The translations under genes were made by a program, and so were the position numbers. The notes below the pieces were generated by a model. That model was given only the letters and a program-made list of their open reading frames with translations, searched no databases and was not told the origin of the DNA. This document shows positions 36,401 through 54,826 of a DNA stretch of 64,000 nucleotides, piece by piece (positions within the stretch are counted from its first letter, which is position 1; each line of letters opens with the position of its first letter). The DNA lies in NCBI GenBank assembly GCA_020137815.1, contig CM035362.1:186001-250000 (forward strand). The letters run 5' to 3'. The DNA comes from Hormiphora californensis. Its lineage: Eukaryota; Animalia; Ctenophora.

Positions 36401-39400
36401 ATGTAAAGGTCGGCACTTTTGCTAGCGGTAAGTTATAAAAAGAACACTATTATGGTCCAACATCCTAAATAAAGGAGATGACTCTCCAGTAACCTTGCTC
36501 CACTCTCAGCTGTCTACTCTCTACAGTATAAATGGTTGAAACCATATCCCTTTCTTTCAGGTGCTAGTTGCTGTCACAGTAGCAGAGTTTGAGATGTCTG
36601 TCGATGAGGACGCTATGGACAGCGTACAATTATATGACCTGACTATTTAGAGAGAAATAGTTTATGTCTATTGACTACAACTACATAAAGACTACATGTA
36701 CTGTCAGTTCATTGTATGTATTGACTATTTAGAGAGACATTTAATGAGAAGTAGAAAGTCACTCAAAAACTAGGATTTCATCTGTCTGGCGCCGATGTTG
36801 GACTTGCCAACTATCTAGGGGAAGATTTATTCAAATATATTCCGATAGGTGTCATCAGGACTAAGGGATGGCCGGGCAAGATGTGGTGAATACGCGAACC
36901 TGCCTAAAAGGCATGAGAGGGAGAGGTTAGCGAGGATAAACAGGATCATCAAGCGACAATCAGGTTAGTACAGTTTATCGATTAGGACGACTATAAATAT
37001 CATTATTATTAGGATTATCAAAGCTCAACCATGAGTCATAACATTGAAAACTGTAAACATTACAACTAAACCGCCTTTTCTTAATTTCTTATTAGGATCG
37101 ATTCCATTCCAACCCCTTCTTCTTATAAGGATCGATGTCATGACAGCCCCCTCTCCTTATTAGGATCGATGCCATGTGACCAGGATAAGATGCCGACTGA
37201 CAAGTACGAGATCTGTGTAAAATGCAAGAATGGTAGAGTTAGAGGGAGATGCCTGTGCCATGCCCATGTGTCAAAAGGACGACACAGAATGCGAGGAGTT
37301 ATGAAAAAAGTGAGTCTACAGTTTTGGTTTTGCGGCTGTCTCAATGTCAGAGCTCTAAAACAAGGCGAGGGCGCCATGTGAGGGCTATATTTCCGGGCTC
37401 TGTGTCAAGATGGGATGGATTTTAATTTGCTTAATTTATCAGGGCGGAAAGCCTGAAGATTGTGGCGCTCAGATGAACGGTGGAGGCCCGGATGATATGA
37501 GTGGTAATGGTGATTCGTAACATCGTCTTCCCTACCCTTGACAATTCCACGTGTCCTTAGTATTTCCCTGGGGTACTGGAAACAGAGTTCCACCGACTGA
37601 CAACAAACTCGGTATGTGAGATTTGTATGAATTCGATGTCGCTAATCATGTTGCTAATGGAAGCGTATCCGACTATTTATTGACACAACCCTCCCTTAGA
37701 GATTGATGGTTATGACAAACACAATTTTTCTCCGAAATTTAAAGCTACTGTCATTTTCACACATCTCTCCCAGGAAACTGTGTTAAGATGACAACGAATC
37801 GGACCCATGCGATTTATCTCATCAAACAACGTCCCTGACTTCTACATGAACCCGTACTGTCCCATCGGACTAGGAAAGGGATATTGTGTCCAGGTGGAGA
37901 TTGACACCGGGAAATGCTTCTTCAGTGGTAAGTCACGTGAGACCGAGTATAATAGAGTTAGTATATTATAGAGTTATAGAAAATCACCCATAGCCCATAG
38001 AGCAGCGAGGTCAATGCACGAAGCTGCGTAAGACGATCTGAAAAGTCATACAATAACAAACTCCCTGCACTGGCAGGTCTGAAATGTGGAGATACCAATA
38101 ACGGACCTGGTACTAATGATTACGGTGATGTCTGGGTACCTCAAGAGGACAACTACGCTATCAAACTCGAAGGTACACCAAGTGATTATTGTCACCTGTT
38201 CCACTATAAAATGATAAACCTAGATCAAGCCATCTAGAATCCGTCTAGATTCCATCTAGACGTCCATCTAGACAGATATATGATATAACGCCGCGTGTTC
38301 CATCTATAACAGGTGACCCCACCCTACCCAACCGACCTGGTGACATGTACGATGCGTCCAAGGTGGGAGCCGCCAAGACTATGGACCGGCAGTTGGTGTT
38401 GCTTCAAATGGAATCAGCATTCTGGTACGTCATGGTAGTGCAGTGTCACAGCCTTCTGGCTACAGGGTAGTCATGGTTACATTGTAGTCATGTTACCAGC
38501 ATTCTGGTACAGGGTATCATGTTACATGGTAGTCATGGTTATTGATGTCCCTTTCGCGAGATTGACACTCTTCTTTCCAAATTCCACATGATATTGAACC
38601 AATGATGAACCATGTATTATAAAACCACCCTGCCAACCTTGGCACATGGTTACTTAACGAAATAACTAAAGACCCCCCCCCCCCCCTACTCAGCGCCGAC
38701 CAAATGATGACTGGTGATGTTAGTATTGACGGTGCTGGATTCCAGATCTGAACTGCGTGTCACGTGACGCCTCCATGGGTAAGCGATGAAACTACCGGAG
38801 AGACCCCTTCAGGACCTCCCAAATACCACTTCCACAAGGCAGCAGAGGTATGAGGCATTCACTAATGCCAGCAAGGGATTGGCTCTGGGGCTGAGCCCAA
38901 TGTCACGGGACCTTGTCGGGTGGGCTACTGATGGTTTTGGTATCTATGCTTATCAGGATATAATGGAGATAAACCTGTCGTTGATGAGTGTGGTGGTCAT
39001 TTTGGACCTGTTGATACGGGTAAATAAAACATCTGGTTGGTTTTTTGTTTGTTTATTGGGGATTTGTTTGTTTGTTTTGTTTTTTGCTTGTTAGTTTGTT
39101 TGTTTGTTTGTTTACAACCAATTACCTATTTCAGGTGAGTAAGACCACTACCACTCCCGACCGTCATTGTCCCATACACCCTGGCCTGCCAGGACCCTCC
39201 CTGGGAAAGTGTGCCTCCACCCAACGGGGTACCAGCTACTGCCACACTGGGTGCGGGTATGAGGTCTGCGTTCAACCAGTACACAACTTGTCTAAAACTT
39301 GTCTAAAACTATTCTAAAACGAGTTTGTGAAAACTACTAGGGATTTGGTCAAGTTTGACAAATTATAGTGTACCCGATATAATTCCTACAAGTCTTTCTC

Positions 39401-40039
39401 GCGCTTTAGTTTGGGGGACTTTCTGAAACTCTCTCTCTGTTGTCCAAGTGCATATTGGTAGAACAAATAACAGTGTACCCTACAAGCTACCTTCTGTTAA
39501 CTCTGCCTCTCTGAAGGAGAGAGCTGGTACAAAACTAGACAAGTTTAGTTCTAGCGAATATTTTGGTGTGATGTCAGGCCAATATTGCCTCTGAGGCGGT
39601 TCTGGTGGTGCATGAGAATATATAGTCAATGCGTTGACCGCTTTGATATTGCTTAGGAAACCACTCCTGAGCTGAGCTATAGCATATCTTGTTATGTTCT
39701 AACCCTCCATTTACATTCTAACCCTCCCTTTACATTGCGAAACAGGGTCTAGCTAGACCTGTCAGAGCATTGGCCTGACCCATTCCTCGTTTCGCCCGAG
39801 AACTGTGGTCAGAGCATTGGCCTGACAGAGCTAGGCAAGCTAAATCATTATCTAACCCATGATACCATCACCAGGAACTAGCAGTCATCGATCTTGAGGA
39901 GTATCTTGCAAAGTTTGATGCGGATGGTTGTCCAAATACCACTGTTAACCCTTACAACTCTGCCTCAACCCCCCACAACAACCACATTGACCACCTCCCC
40001 CTCCCTAATCACTTCGACAATACTCCTTCTCTTCACTAA
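36401..40039 (+). pseudogene. Left-arm copy of the YHYH-domain gene, frameshifted as assembled (probably consensus errors)
   Basis: Same 11-exon layout as 55484-59069. It starts ATGTAA and has many 1-2-nt indels, while true substitutions in the cleaner exons are mostly synonymous. Confidence 0.7.
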
Positions 40040-40062
40040 GAAGCAGATTTCCCACTGATATA

Positions 40063-40711
40063 CTGTGTGATTTTAAATGACTGGGACTGGTATATTGCGA
40101 ATTGCGTGAAAACTATGGCATCTTTCGACTTCAATTTGTGGGACATGATAAAACTAGGTTGTAGCAATTTTCTCCTAGTTTTACAGCAAATTTCAATGTT
40201 CCTGAATGAATCTATTGCCCCAAAACCCCTCCCAACTTACACAGTCATATCTCTGGAGTCTAATGAGATAGAGATAGTTCATTTTTAGGAGAGACAGATA
40301 AGACGATTTCAAATGTTTTGTCTGCTTTACGAGTTGCTACATTTTATCATTTGTTCACAGGAACTGTTTAAAGTGATGTAACACGCTCTAATTATCCAAA
40401 TTTAGGTCATTTTACCCCTCCAAAGACACATGTCCAGCTGCATCTAGTGGGCTAATGAGGCCTTGAACACGCCATACGCTCACGTGTTACTGTAGGGCTA
40501 CACGCTCTCCTTTTCCATCTTGAACCAGACAGACATGATCATGGCGTCTGGAAGTGGTAACAAGCTGTAGAAAACCAGACAGACTAGATGCCTCTCTACT
40601 TCAAACGTATCACTCTCTCCCTTCTCGTTATAGCCAACGTCCACGTGACTGGAATTGGGATCTCGACATGATCAAAATGTCCACAAACGCGTTCTCTCTC
40701 TCACACACTCT

Positions 40712-40752
<41 letters not shown>

Positions 40753-41363
40753 CCTCTCTCTCCCATGTCGAGATCCCAATTCCACGTCACGTGACCTTAT
40801 AACGAGAAAGGGAGAGAGTGGATACGTTGAAGTAGAGAGCATCTAGTCTGTCTGGTTTTCTACAGCTTGTTACCACTTCCAGACACCATGATCATGTCTG
40901 CTGGTTCAAGATGGAAAAGGAGAGCTGTAGCCCTAAGTAACTCGTGACGTATGCGTGTTCAAGGCCTCATTAGCCCAACTAGATGCAGCTGGACATGTGA
41001 TCTTTGAGGGGTAAAATGACCTAAATTTGGCCTAATTAGAGCGTGTTACATCATATTCAAACAGTTCCTGTGAACAATGTATAAATGTAGCAACTCGTAA
41101 AGCAGAGCAAAACATTTGAAATCGTCTTATCTGTCTCTCCTAAAAATTTGAACTCTCTATCTCATTAGACTCCAGAGATCTGACTGTGTAAAGTTGGAGG
41201 AGGTTTTTGGGCAATCATATTCATTCAGGAACATTGAAATTTGCTGAAAACTAGGAGAAATTGCTACAACCTAGTTTTATCATGTCCCAAAATTCGGAGT
41301 CGAAAGATGCCAGTTTTCACGCAATTCGCAATATACCAGTCCCAGTCATTTAAAATCACACAG
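40063..41363. mobile_element. 1.3-kb foldback MITE (TA TSD, TIR CTGTGTGATTTTAAATGAC), CT-repeat centre, left-arm copy
   Basis: TA|CTGTGTG...CACACAG|TA with ~600-bp inverted arms. A TA target suggests the Tc1/mariner class. Confidence 0.85.
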
Positions 41364-42228
41364 TATAATGGGATTCAACCATCGGAAAATATATTGATTT
41401 TTGAATCTGAACCAGAGAAATTGAATCAGTTACAAAAATTTATTTCCGATTTTCAATGGAGAAACGTATTTTATTTCTCAGACAAGATAGCTATTATTTT
41501 TTGTGTCAATCATTATATATTCATTAATTTTATTGTTATAATAAGAACGTGTTCCAATTTGAGTAAAACAAACAATCATTTTATCAAGCACCCCTGGCCC
41601 GCTCGGAGTTTGTTCAGCCAGATCATATATTTAAGAATATATTTTGAATTTAATACAGAGATTATAATGGCCAAGCTGGTGTCACATGTCACATGCCACT
41701 TTCTCCAAATGCGAATGATCTGAACATTTGTATTTCATTTGTAATCCACTAATTGTATTTTTTGTTTGTGGCTGTTCCTAATTGGTGTTCCCTAAACTAT
41801 TCCTTTGATTTTATTTTTTTTTTTTAGTTATGGCTTCTCCCCCCCTCTCATACAAATAAACCCAGGTTTATTGATTATGTGATAGATTCGTTCATAATAT
41901 AATTTTATCAATGCCTCTTGATTAAATTAATTTCATATTGTTTAAAGGAGAGCCTAGGCTCCCCGGGCGGCTGGATCCCATTCACCTAACATTGAGTTTT
42001 ATAGCTCTATGAGGATATTTAACTTGAAAACAGGCAACATGTAACTAGTTACAGTCTCATACTGGAAACAAAAGGAGGGTTTATTTGGGAAGGGGCGGCC
42101 CGCCTTGAAAGATGAAATCACATTATATCCTTCGATCGGGCTTCAACACCAAGATCAGTGGGTTTAGTATCTCTCCAGCTATCAGGATATACGTGGCCAC
42201 CCCTTATTCCCTCGTAGCCTATTCCAAT

Positions 42229-44991
42229 ATGCCGCACCTCCTCCTCCCTCCTCCTTGTCCTGATTGGAGCTGCTGTGGACGGTGGGAAGGTGAACCTATC
42301 ATTGAGGGAGTTCAAGACAGAGCTCCTCGGCTTCAAGAGGCTCGTCAAGGATTTCCTGCCTGATGGTGTTTTTATGACTTGTGAGATTGCCCTCTTTTCG
42401 AAAATTGTAAGTCATATTCTTTTTTCATATCAGCCTCATCCTGCCATGATTCCGTAATTAAACAAATCCTCCATATTCCTGTAGGTTGATTATGAGGAGG
42501 CAGATTTAAGATGTAAGAACTTCACGCTGGGTTGGGGCTACTCGAAGGTAATCTGGTTACCATTGCAAACAGAACAAGACACAACCGCCACTCAAAGTCC
42601 TGCTGGAAATGGCACTACCCGGAAGCCGGATTACCCCGCCAAAGTGGAGCAGTGAGAGCTGGACGTGGGCCGCGGTACACTGTTGCCGCTCATTTTGTAA
42701 ACTAAATATGTAAGATAAACTACAAGTTACTCTCTACTCTTATCCCTGTCATCGTGCCCCCCTCCAACCCCGCCCCTCCCCTCCCCTGTGCCCTCCAACC
42801 CCGCCCCCGCGCCCCCCTTCCCACCTCCCCCCCGCACCCTCCAACTCCCGCCCCCTCCCACCGCCCCCTCCCCGCACCCTCCACCCCCCCCCCTCCCCGC
42901 CTCCCCCTCCGCCCCTCCAACCCCCCCCCTCCCCGCACCCCCATCCCCGCCCCCCCCTCAGGAAGCGTAAATAACCTGAGAACAGGATGGATACGTTATT
43001 ATGATTGGCATTGGAGTACGGGGAAAATCCAGGGATTATGAAAAGTGGATGAATAGTAAGCTATATATTTTGGATCATTAGTTCCCCCTGAATTATACTT
43101 GTCTGACAAACTCCAGGAAGAACACCAATAGGATCGTCTATATTATAGATGCCTTCTTCTTCTTCTTGGAGGCGCGTCTCCATTGGTTGAGATTAAGGGT
43201 GGAACCATAGAGTTTCCTTTTCCCGGCCTGGTGTATTAGTATAGATGCCAGTTCCCCCAACTCACCCCCTCCTCCTCCTCCCCACAGAGATGCCGGACGG
43301 TAAAAAACTAAAGTATGGCAGAGTGGGTGTGATAGAAAACCATACTGTTGGCAGCAGCAAATGAGAGCGAATCATGATGGTGTTTGGGTGATAGTTACAC
43401 CTTCAGACACACCCTTACCGCCTGTGATTATCAGGGGAAATACGTAGTGTCAGGAGTCCACAGGTATACAAATGTGGGGGTGCTGCAGTTCTCTCCACCG
43501 CTCTTATAGTTAGGGGAAATTAGCTTTCAACTAGGGAAAAATTTGTAACAAGCTAATTCCTTCACCAATTGGTCCCTATGGGTCCCTAGAATCACCAAAA
43601 AAAATCACAAAAAATCCGCGATGGCGAAGTTGGGTTTTTTGACCACCCCTTTTACCTGTATTTTCAGTCATGTGGTCAAACATATAAATTCTCTTAGAAT
43701 CGGAGTAGAGAAGAAATGGGCACTTAACTGTGTAGACGTCCTCGCATTAGTGGGGGTAGACGCCCATGAAAAGTCCTCTACTCATTGGTTAATTAGATAA
43801 TTGGATAATTAGATATGCGCATAGCCGTTTTTGGCCATACGGCTATAGCCACTTAGAAATGGTTTAGAGACTTTTCACTGGTGCCATTTTGTAGGCAATA
43901 ACCAAGTTATGGGGGGTCGACGTCGGACTTTTAAGCTCCATCTCCAACCGTTTAGCCGATATTTGGCTTCAAAGGTGCTCAAAATCGGGCTTTTTACCGT
44001 TTTTTGCTCATTTTGAGCACCTTTAAAGCCAAATAACGGCTAAACGATTGAAGATAGAGATTAAAAGTCCGACGTCGACCCCCCATAACTTGGTTATTGC
44101 TACAAAATGCACCATGAAAGTCTCTAAACCATTCCTAAGTGGCTATAGCCGTATGGCCAAAAAACGGCTATTCGCAGATCTAATTATCCAATTATCTAAT
44201 TAACCAAATGAGCGTCTACCCCCACTAATGCGAGGACGCTACACAGTTAAGTGCCCTTATTTTCTTCTCTACTCCTATTCTAAGAGAATTTATATGTTTG
44301 ACCACATGACTGAAAATACAGGTAAAAGGGCGTGGTCCAAAAACCCAACTTCGCCATCGCGGATTTTTTGTGATTTTTTTTGGTGATTCTAGGGACCCAT
44401 AGGGACCAATTGGTGAAGGAATTAGCTTGTTACAAATTTTTCCCTAGTTTCGGCCCTTATTTAGCTAATTTCCCCTAACTATTATATAACACTACTATTA
44501 TATCACCACCACTACTATATAGCTATGTATATATCGCCACTAAAACACCACTATGCTATTATGATATATCACCATTAAAACACCGTACATTCTCAGGACG
44601 TGGGAGGGAGCAAAGGAGCACTGTGAGAGAGCAGGGCTTACCCTCGCCAAGATACGATGACAGAGCGAGCTGTCTAATTCCTTATGGTGGCTGATGTCTG
44701 TCCTGGGTCCCTCGAGACACCAGTCTGTCCACTTGGAAACCAGCCAACTGGATCTGGCTGGGAGCACGGACCTAAACGACGAGGGAGAGTGGAGTGGGGG
44801 ATTGATGAGTTAAGGTTGATGCAGACTGGGACATACCCTGGAAGGTCAAGCAGGAAATGACAACGCATCATATCTGGGACCGTTTAGAGAGACAGCGACA
44901 AGATGCATGGCGCTTAGTCGGTGGGGTACCTTTGATGATAGTATGTGGGAGTTAGAAAGAGCCATTCGGGTGCCGTGCAAAGCGAACATAA
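42229..44991 (+). pseudogene. Left-arm copy of the tandem C-type lectin gene, frameshifted as assembled
   Basis: Same 5 exons as 50811-53282 with many small indels. Confidence 0.7.
43509..44479. mobile_element. 0.97-kb foldback MITE (TA-flanked, TIR GTTAGGGGAAATTAGCT), left arm only
   Basis: Inverted arms meet near 43990. It is absent from the mirrored intron at ~52050-52100. Confidence 0.85.
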
Positions 44992-45455
44992 TATTCCGTC
45001 GTGAATTCCTGTTTTTAATAGACACTCCATAAAGTTGTGAAGGATGCTGGATTACCCATCAATTAATTGTCAATTAGTTGTCAATTAGTTGTCAATTAAT
45101 TGTCGCCATAATTACTTTGTGGTAAATTGCATTTTGAAATTCAAAACGTATGTCTATGAATGTTTTTGTTATGTATAACCATCCCTTTACATTTGAAAAC
45201 ACAGCTCTAGCCAAGCCCAAGAATGTTTAAATAAAACCTAAACCAGCCTGGTCTCCTCTTTATGCTAGTGAAAATGCTACAACAAAATACATCTCAGTCG
45301 CTTACCTGTAAGTCGAGAAATTCTTCATTGGTCGTCCGAAAATGTCCAGAGTTCAGTATAGAAAACTGTGGGCTGTCCGGGGGCCGCATTACCACTAAAT
45401 CACCTGAATGTAAAGGACATATCTTTTTATTATCGTAAACTGAAAATCTAAATTA

Positions 45456-50336
<4,881 letters not shown>

Positions 50337-50810
50337 TAATTTAGATTTTCAGTTTACGATAATAAAAGATATGTCTTTACATTCAGGTGATTTAGTGGTA
50401 ATGCGGCCCCCGGACAGCCCACAGTTTTCTATGACTGAACTCATGGACATTTTTCGGACGACCAATAGAAGAATTTCTCGACTTACAGGTAAGCGACTGA
50501 GATGTATTTTGTGTAGCATTTTCACTAGCATAAAGAGGAGACCAGGCTGGTTTAGGTTTTATTTAAACATTCTTGCCTGGCTAGACTGTGTTTCAAATGT
50601 AAAGGGAGGGTTATAACATAACAAAAACATTCATAGACATACGTTTTGAATTTTCAAAATGCAATTTACCACAAAGTACATTATGGCGACAATTAATTGA
50701 CAATTAATTGACAACTAATTGAAAACTAATTGACAATTAATTGATCGGGTAATCCAGCATCCTTCACAACTTTATGGAGTGTCTATAAAACAGGAATTCA
50801 CGACAGAATA

Positions 50811-53282
50811 TTATGTTCCTTTGCACTGGCACCCGAATGGCCTCTTTCTAACTCCCACATAACTATCATCAAAGGTACCCCACCGACTAACAGCCAGTGC
50901 ATCCTGTCCTGTCTCTCTAAACGGTCCCAGATACGATGCGTTGTCATTTCCTGCTTTTACCTTCCAGGGTATGTCCCAGTCTGCATCGACCTTAACTCCA
51001 TCATCCACCCACTCCCACTCTCCCTCGTCGTTGAGGTCTGTGCCTCCCAGCCAGATCCAGTTTGCTGGTTTCCAAGTGGACAGACTGGTGTCTCGAGGAC
51101 CCAGGAAGACATCAGCCACCATTAGGAATTCAGACAGCTCGCTCTTGTCTCGTATCTTGGCGAGGGTAAGCCCTGCTCTCTCACAATGCTCCTTTGCTCC
51201 CTCCCACGTCCTGAGAATGTACGGTGTTTACTGTTTTGATGGTGATACATACAGGGTGTTCATTTTGGATCTTTACAAGCGTTGGGCTTCACCCAGAAAA
51301 AAAGTTGACAAGATTAGGTCATGAAACTTTATACTTGGACTATTCTATACCCTCATTCAAGGTTCCCGGTGTTTTCGGAGCTCTAGCACCCCAGGAAGTG
51401 TGTTTTTGGCATCTAAACTACCAGAAGGAATTTTTTGTTGGTGCTGAGACTTTGCTAAAATGTTTTTTGGGTATTTTCTATGTCAATTCCAAAGTTTCAT
51501 GATGATTGAATATGTTTTTCGGACTCAAAATTTCGAAAAAAGTGGCTGGAAAGGTTCGAAAACGGCTTAAAAACGGCAAAAATTGAGTCTTTCCAGCCAC
51601 TTTTTTCGAAATTTTGACATCGAAAAACACATTCAATCATCATAAAACTTTAGGATTGACATAGAAAATACCCAAAAAACATTTTAGCAAAGTCTCAGCA
51701 CCAGCAAAAAATTCCTTCTGGTAGTTTTGATGCCAAAAACACACTTCCCGGGGTGCTAGAGCTCCGAAAACACCGGGAACCTTGAATGAGGGTATAGAAT
51801 AGTCCAAGTACAGTCGGACCCCGATTTAGGGACACCCTCGGGGGAAAGGCTCTTGTCCACTAAATCGGGGTGTCCACTAAATCGGGGTCAAATAAGGTTA
51901 ATTTCCTATATCGGGGGAAAAAAATCCTGTCCCTAAATCGGGGTGCCACTAAATCGGGGTCCGACTGTATGAAGTTTCATGACCTAATCTTGTCAACTTT
52001 TTTCCGGGTGAAGCCCAACGCTTGTAAAGATCCAAAATGAACACCGTGTATATTGGTGTTTTAGTGGCGATATCATTATAGTGATTGATGATAAGAGCGG
52101 TGGAGAGAACTGCAGCACCCCCACATTTGTACCTGTGGACTCCTGACACTACGTATTTCCCCTGATAATCACAGGCGTAAGGGTGTGTCTTGAAGGTGTA
52201 CGTGTCATCCCAAACACCATCATGATTCGCTCTCATTTGATGCTGCCAACAGTATGGTTTCTCATCACACCCACTCTTGCCATACTTTAGTTTTTTACCG
52301 TCCGGCATCTCTGTGGGGAGGAGGAGGAGGGGGTGAGTTGGGGGAACTTGGCATCTATACTAATACACCAGGCCGGGAAAAGGAAACTCTATGGTTCCAA
52401 CCCTTAATCTCAACCAATGGAGACGGCCTCCAAGAAGAAGAAGAAGGCATCTATAATATAGACGATCCTTATTAGAGTTCTTCCTGGAGTTTGTCAGACA
52501 AGTATAATTCAGGGGGAACCTAATGATCCAAGATATTTAGCTTACTATTCATCCACTTTTCATAATCCCCTGGATTTTCCCCGTTACTCCACTGCCAATC
52601 ATCAATAACGTATCCATCCTGCTCCTCCAGGTTATTTACCTTCCTGAGGGGGCGGGGTTGGAGGGTGCGGGGAGGGGGAGGGGCTGGAGGGGGCGGGGTT
52701 GAAGGGCGTGCGCCGCGCAGGGAGGGGGTAGAGCGGGGGGAGGGGCGGGGTTGGAGGGGGGAGGGGGGCACGATGACATGGATAAGATTAGAGAGTAACT
52801 TGTAGTTTATCTTACATATTTTATAATTGTAGTACCTTAGTCCGGCCCACGTCCATCTCTCACTGCTCCACTTTGCGGGGTAATCCGCTTCCGGGTAGGC
52901 CATTTCCAACAGGACTTTGAGTGCGGTTGTCTTGTTCTCGTTTGCAATGGTGACCAGATTACCTTTCGAGTAGCCCCAACCCAGCGTGAAGTTCTTACAT
53001 CTTAAATCTGCCTCCTCATAATCAACCTACAGCAATATGGAGGATTTGTTTGATTACGGAATCAGCAGGATGAGGCTGATATAATGAAAAGAGAATATGA
53101 CTTACAATTTTCGAAAAGAGAGCAATCTCACAAGTCATAAAAACACCATCAGGCAGGAAATCCTTGACGAGCCTCTTGAAGCCGAGGAGCTCTGTCTTGA
53201 ACTCCCTCAATGATAGGTTCACCTTCCCACCGTCCACAGCAGCTCCAGTCAGGACAAGGAGGAGGAGGAGGAGGTGCGGCAT
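50811..53282 (-). CDS. Secreted protein with two tandem C-type lectin-like domains (347 aa)
   Basis: Exons 53282-53106, 53026-52836, 52643-52546, 52310-52133, 51210-50811 join in frame (1044 nt). Signal peptide MPHLLLLLLVLTGAAVDG. CTLD1: YEEADLRC..GNLVTI..WTWAGL..WQWSNG..WDD..PYAC. CTLD2: TWEGAKEHC..LAKI..WIWLGGTDLNDEGEWEWVD..FDD..PFGC. Confidence 0.9.
51252..52048. mobile_element. Foldback MITE (TA TSD, TIR CAGGGTGTTCATTTTGG; Tc1/mariner-like), right arm only
   Basis: TA|CAGGGTG...CACCGTG|TA with inverted arms. It is absent from the left-arm intron. Confidence 0.85.
51811..51967. mobile_element. 157-bp MITE (TA TSD, TIR CAGTCGGACCCCGATTTAG) nested in the previous element
   Basis: Interrupts only one arm of the host foldback at a duplicated TA, and contains internal CTAAATCGGGG repeats. 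Confidence 0.88.
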
Positions 53283-54167
53283 ATTGGAATAGGCTACGAG
53301 GGAATATGAAGGGTGGCCACGTATATCACTGATAGCTGGAGAGATACTAAACCCACTGATCTTGGTGTTGAAGCCCGATCGAAGGATATAATGTGATTTC
53401 ATCTATCAAGGCGGGCCGCCGCTTCCCAAATAAACCTTCCTTTTGTTTCCAGTTGCAGTATGTAACTAGTTACAGTCCTATGTTGCCTGTTTTCAAGTTA
53501 AATATCCTCATAGAGCTATAAAACTCAATGCTTGGTGAATGGGATCCAGCCGCCCGGTGAGCCTAGACTCTCCTTCAAACAATATGAAATTAATGTTAAT
53601 CAAGAGGCATTGATAAAGTTATATTATGAACGATATATCACATAATCAATAAACCTGGGTTTATTTGTATGAAGCGGGATTGTTCGAACTCCATAACTCA
53701 TCCATTTCCCAAATATAACAATATCCAGGAATAGTTTAAACCAAATTAGGAACAGCCACAAACAAAACATACAATTAGTGGATTACAAATGAAATACAAA
53801 TGTTCAGATCATTCGCATTTGGTAGAAAGTGGCATGTGACATGTGACACCAGCTTGGCCATTATATATCCTGTATTAAATTCAAAATATATTCTTAAATA
53901 TATGATCTGGCTGAACAAACTCCGATCGGGCCAGGGGTGCTTGATAAAATGATTGTTTGTTTTACTCAAATTTGGAACACGTTCTTATTATAACAATAAA
54001 ATTAATGAATATATAATGATTGACACAAAAAATAATAGCTATCTTGTCTGCAGAAATAAAATACGTTTCTCCATTGAAAATCGGAAATAAATTTTGTAAC
54101 TGATTCAATTTCTCTGTTCAAAGATTCAAAAATCAATATATTTTCCGACTGGTTGAATCCCATTATA

Positions 54168-54778
54168 CTGTGTGATTTTAAATGACTGGGACTGGTATAT
54201 TGCGAATTGCGTGAAAACTATGGCATCTTTCGACTTCGAATTTTGGGACATGATAAAACTAGGTTGTAGCAATTTTCTCCTAGTTTTACAGCAAATTTCA
54301 ATGTTCCTGAATGAATATATTGCCCAAAAACCTCCTCCAACTTTACACAGTCATATCTCTGGAGTCTAATGAGATAGAGAGTTCAAATTTTTAGGAGAGA
54401 CAGATAAGACGATTTCAAATGTTTTGTCTGCTTTACGAGTTGCTACATTTATCATTTGTTCACAGGAACTGTTTAAAGTGATGTAACACGCTCTAATTAG
54501 GCCAAATTTAGGTCATTTTACCCCTCAAAGATCACATGTCCAGCTGCATCTAGTGGGCTAATGAGGCCTTGAACACGCATACGTCACGAGTTACTGTAGG
54601 GCTACAGCTCTCCTTTTCCATCTTGAACCAGCAGACATGATCATGGTGTCTGGAAGTGGTAACAAGCTGTAGAAAACCAGACAGACTAGATGCTCTCTAC
54701 TTCAACGTATCACTCTCTCCCTTCTCGTTATAAGGTCACGTGACTGGAATTGGGATCTCGACATGGGAGAGAGAGGAG

Positions 54779-54826
<48 letters not shown>

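Noticed and set aside
42720-43041. Pro-rich / Gly-rich ORFs
   Set aside because: C-rich low-complexity tract within lectin intron 2.
36401-44991. Left-arm genes as truly decayed pseudogenes
   Set aside because: Not accepted as established. The damage is indel-dominated like raw long-read error, while real substitutions are mostly synonymous.
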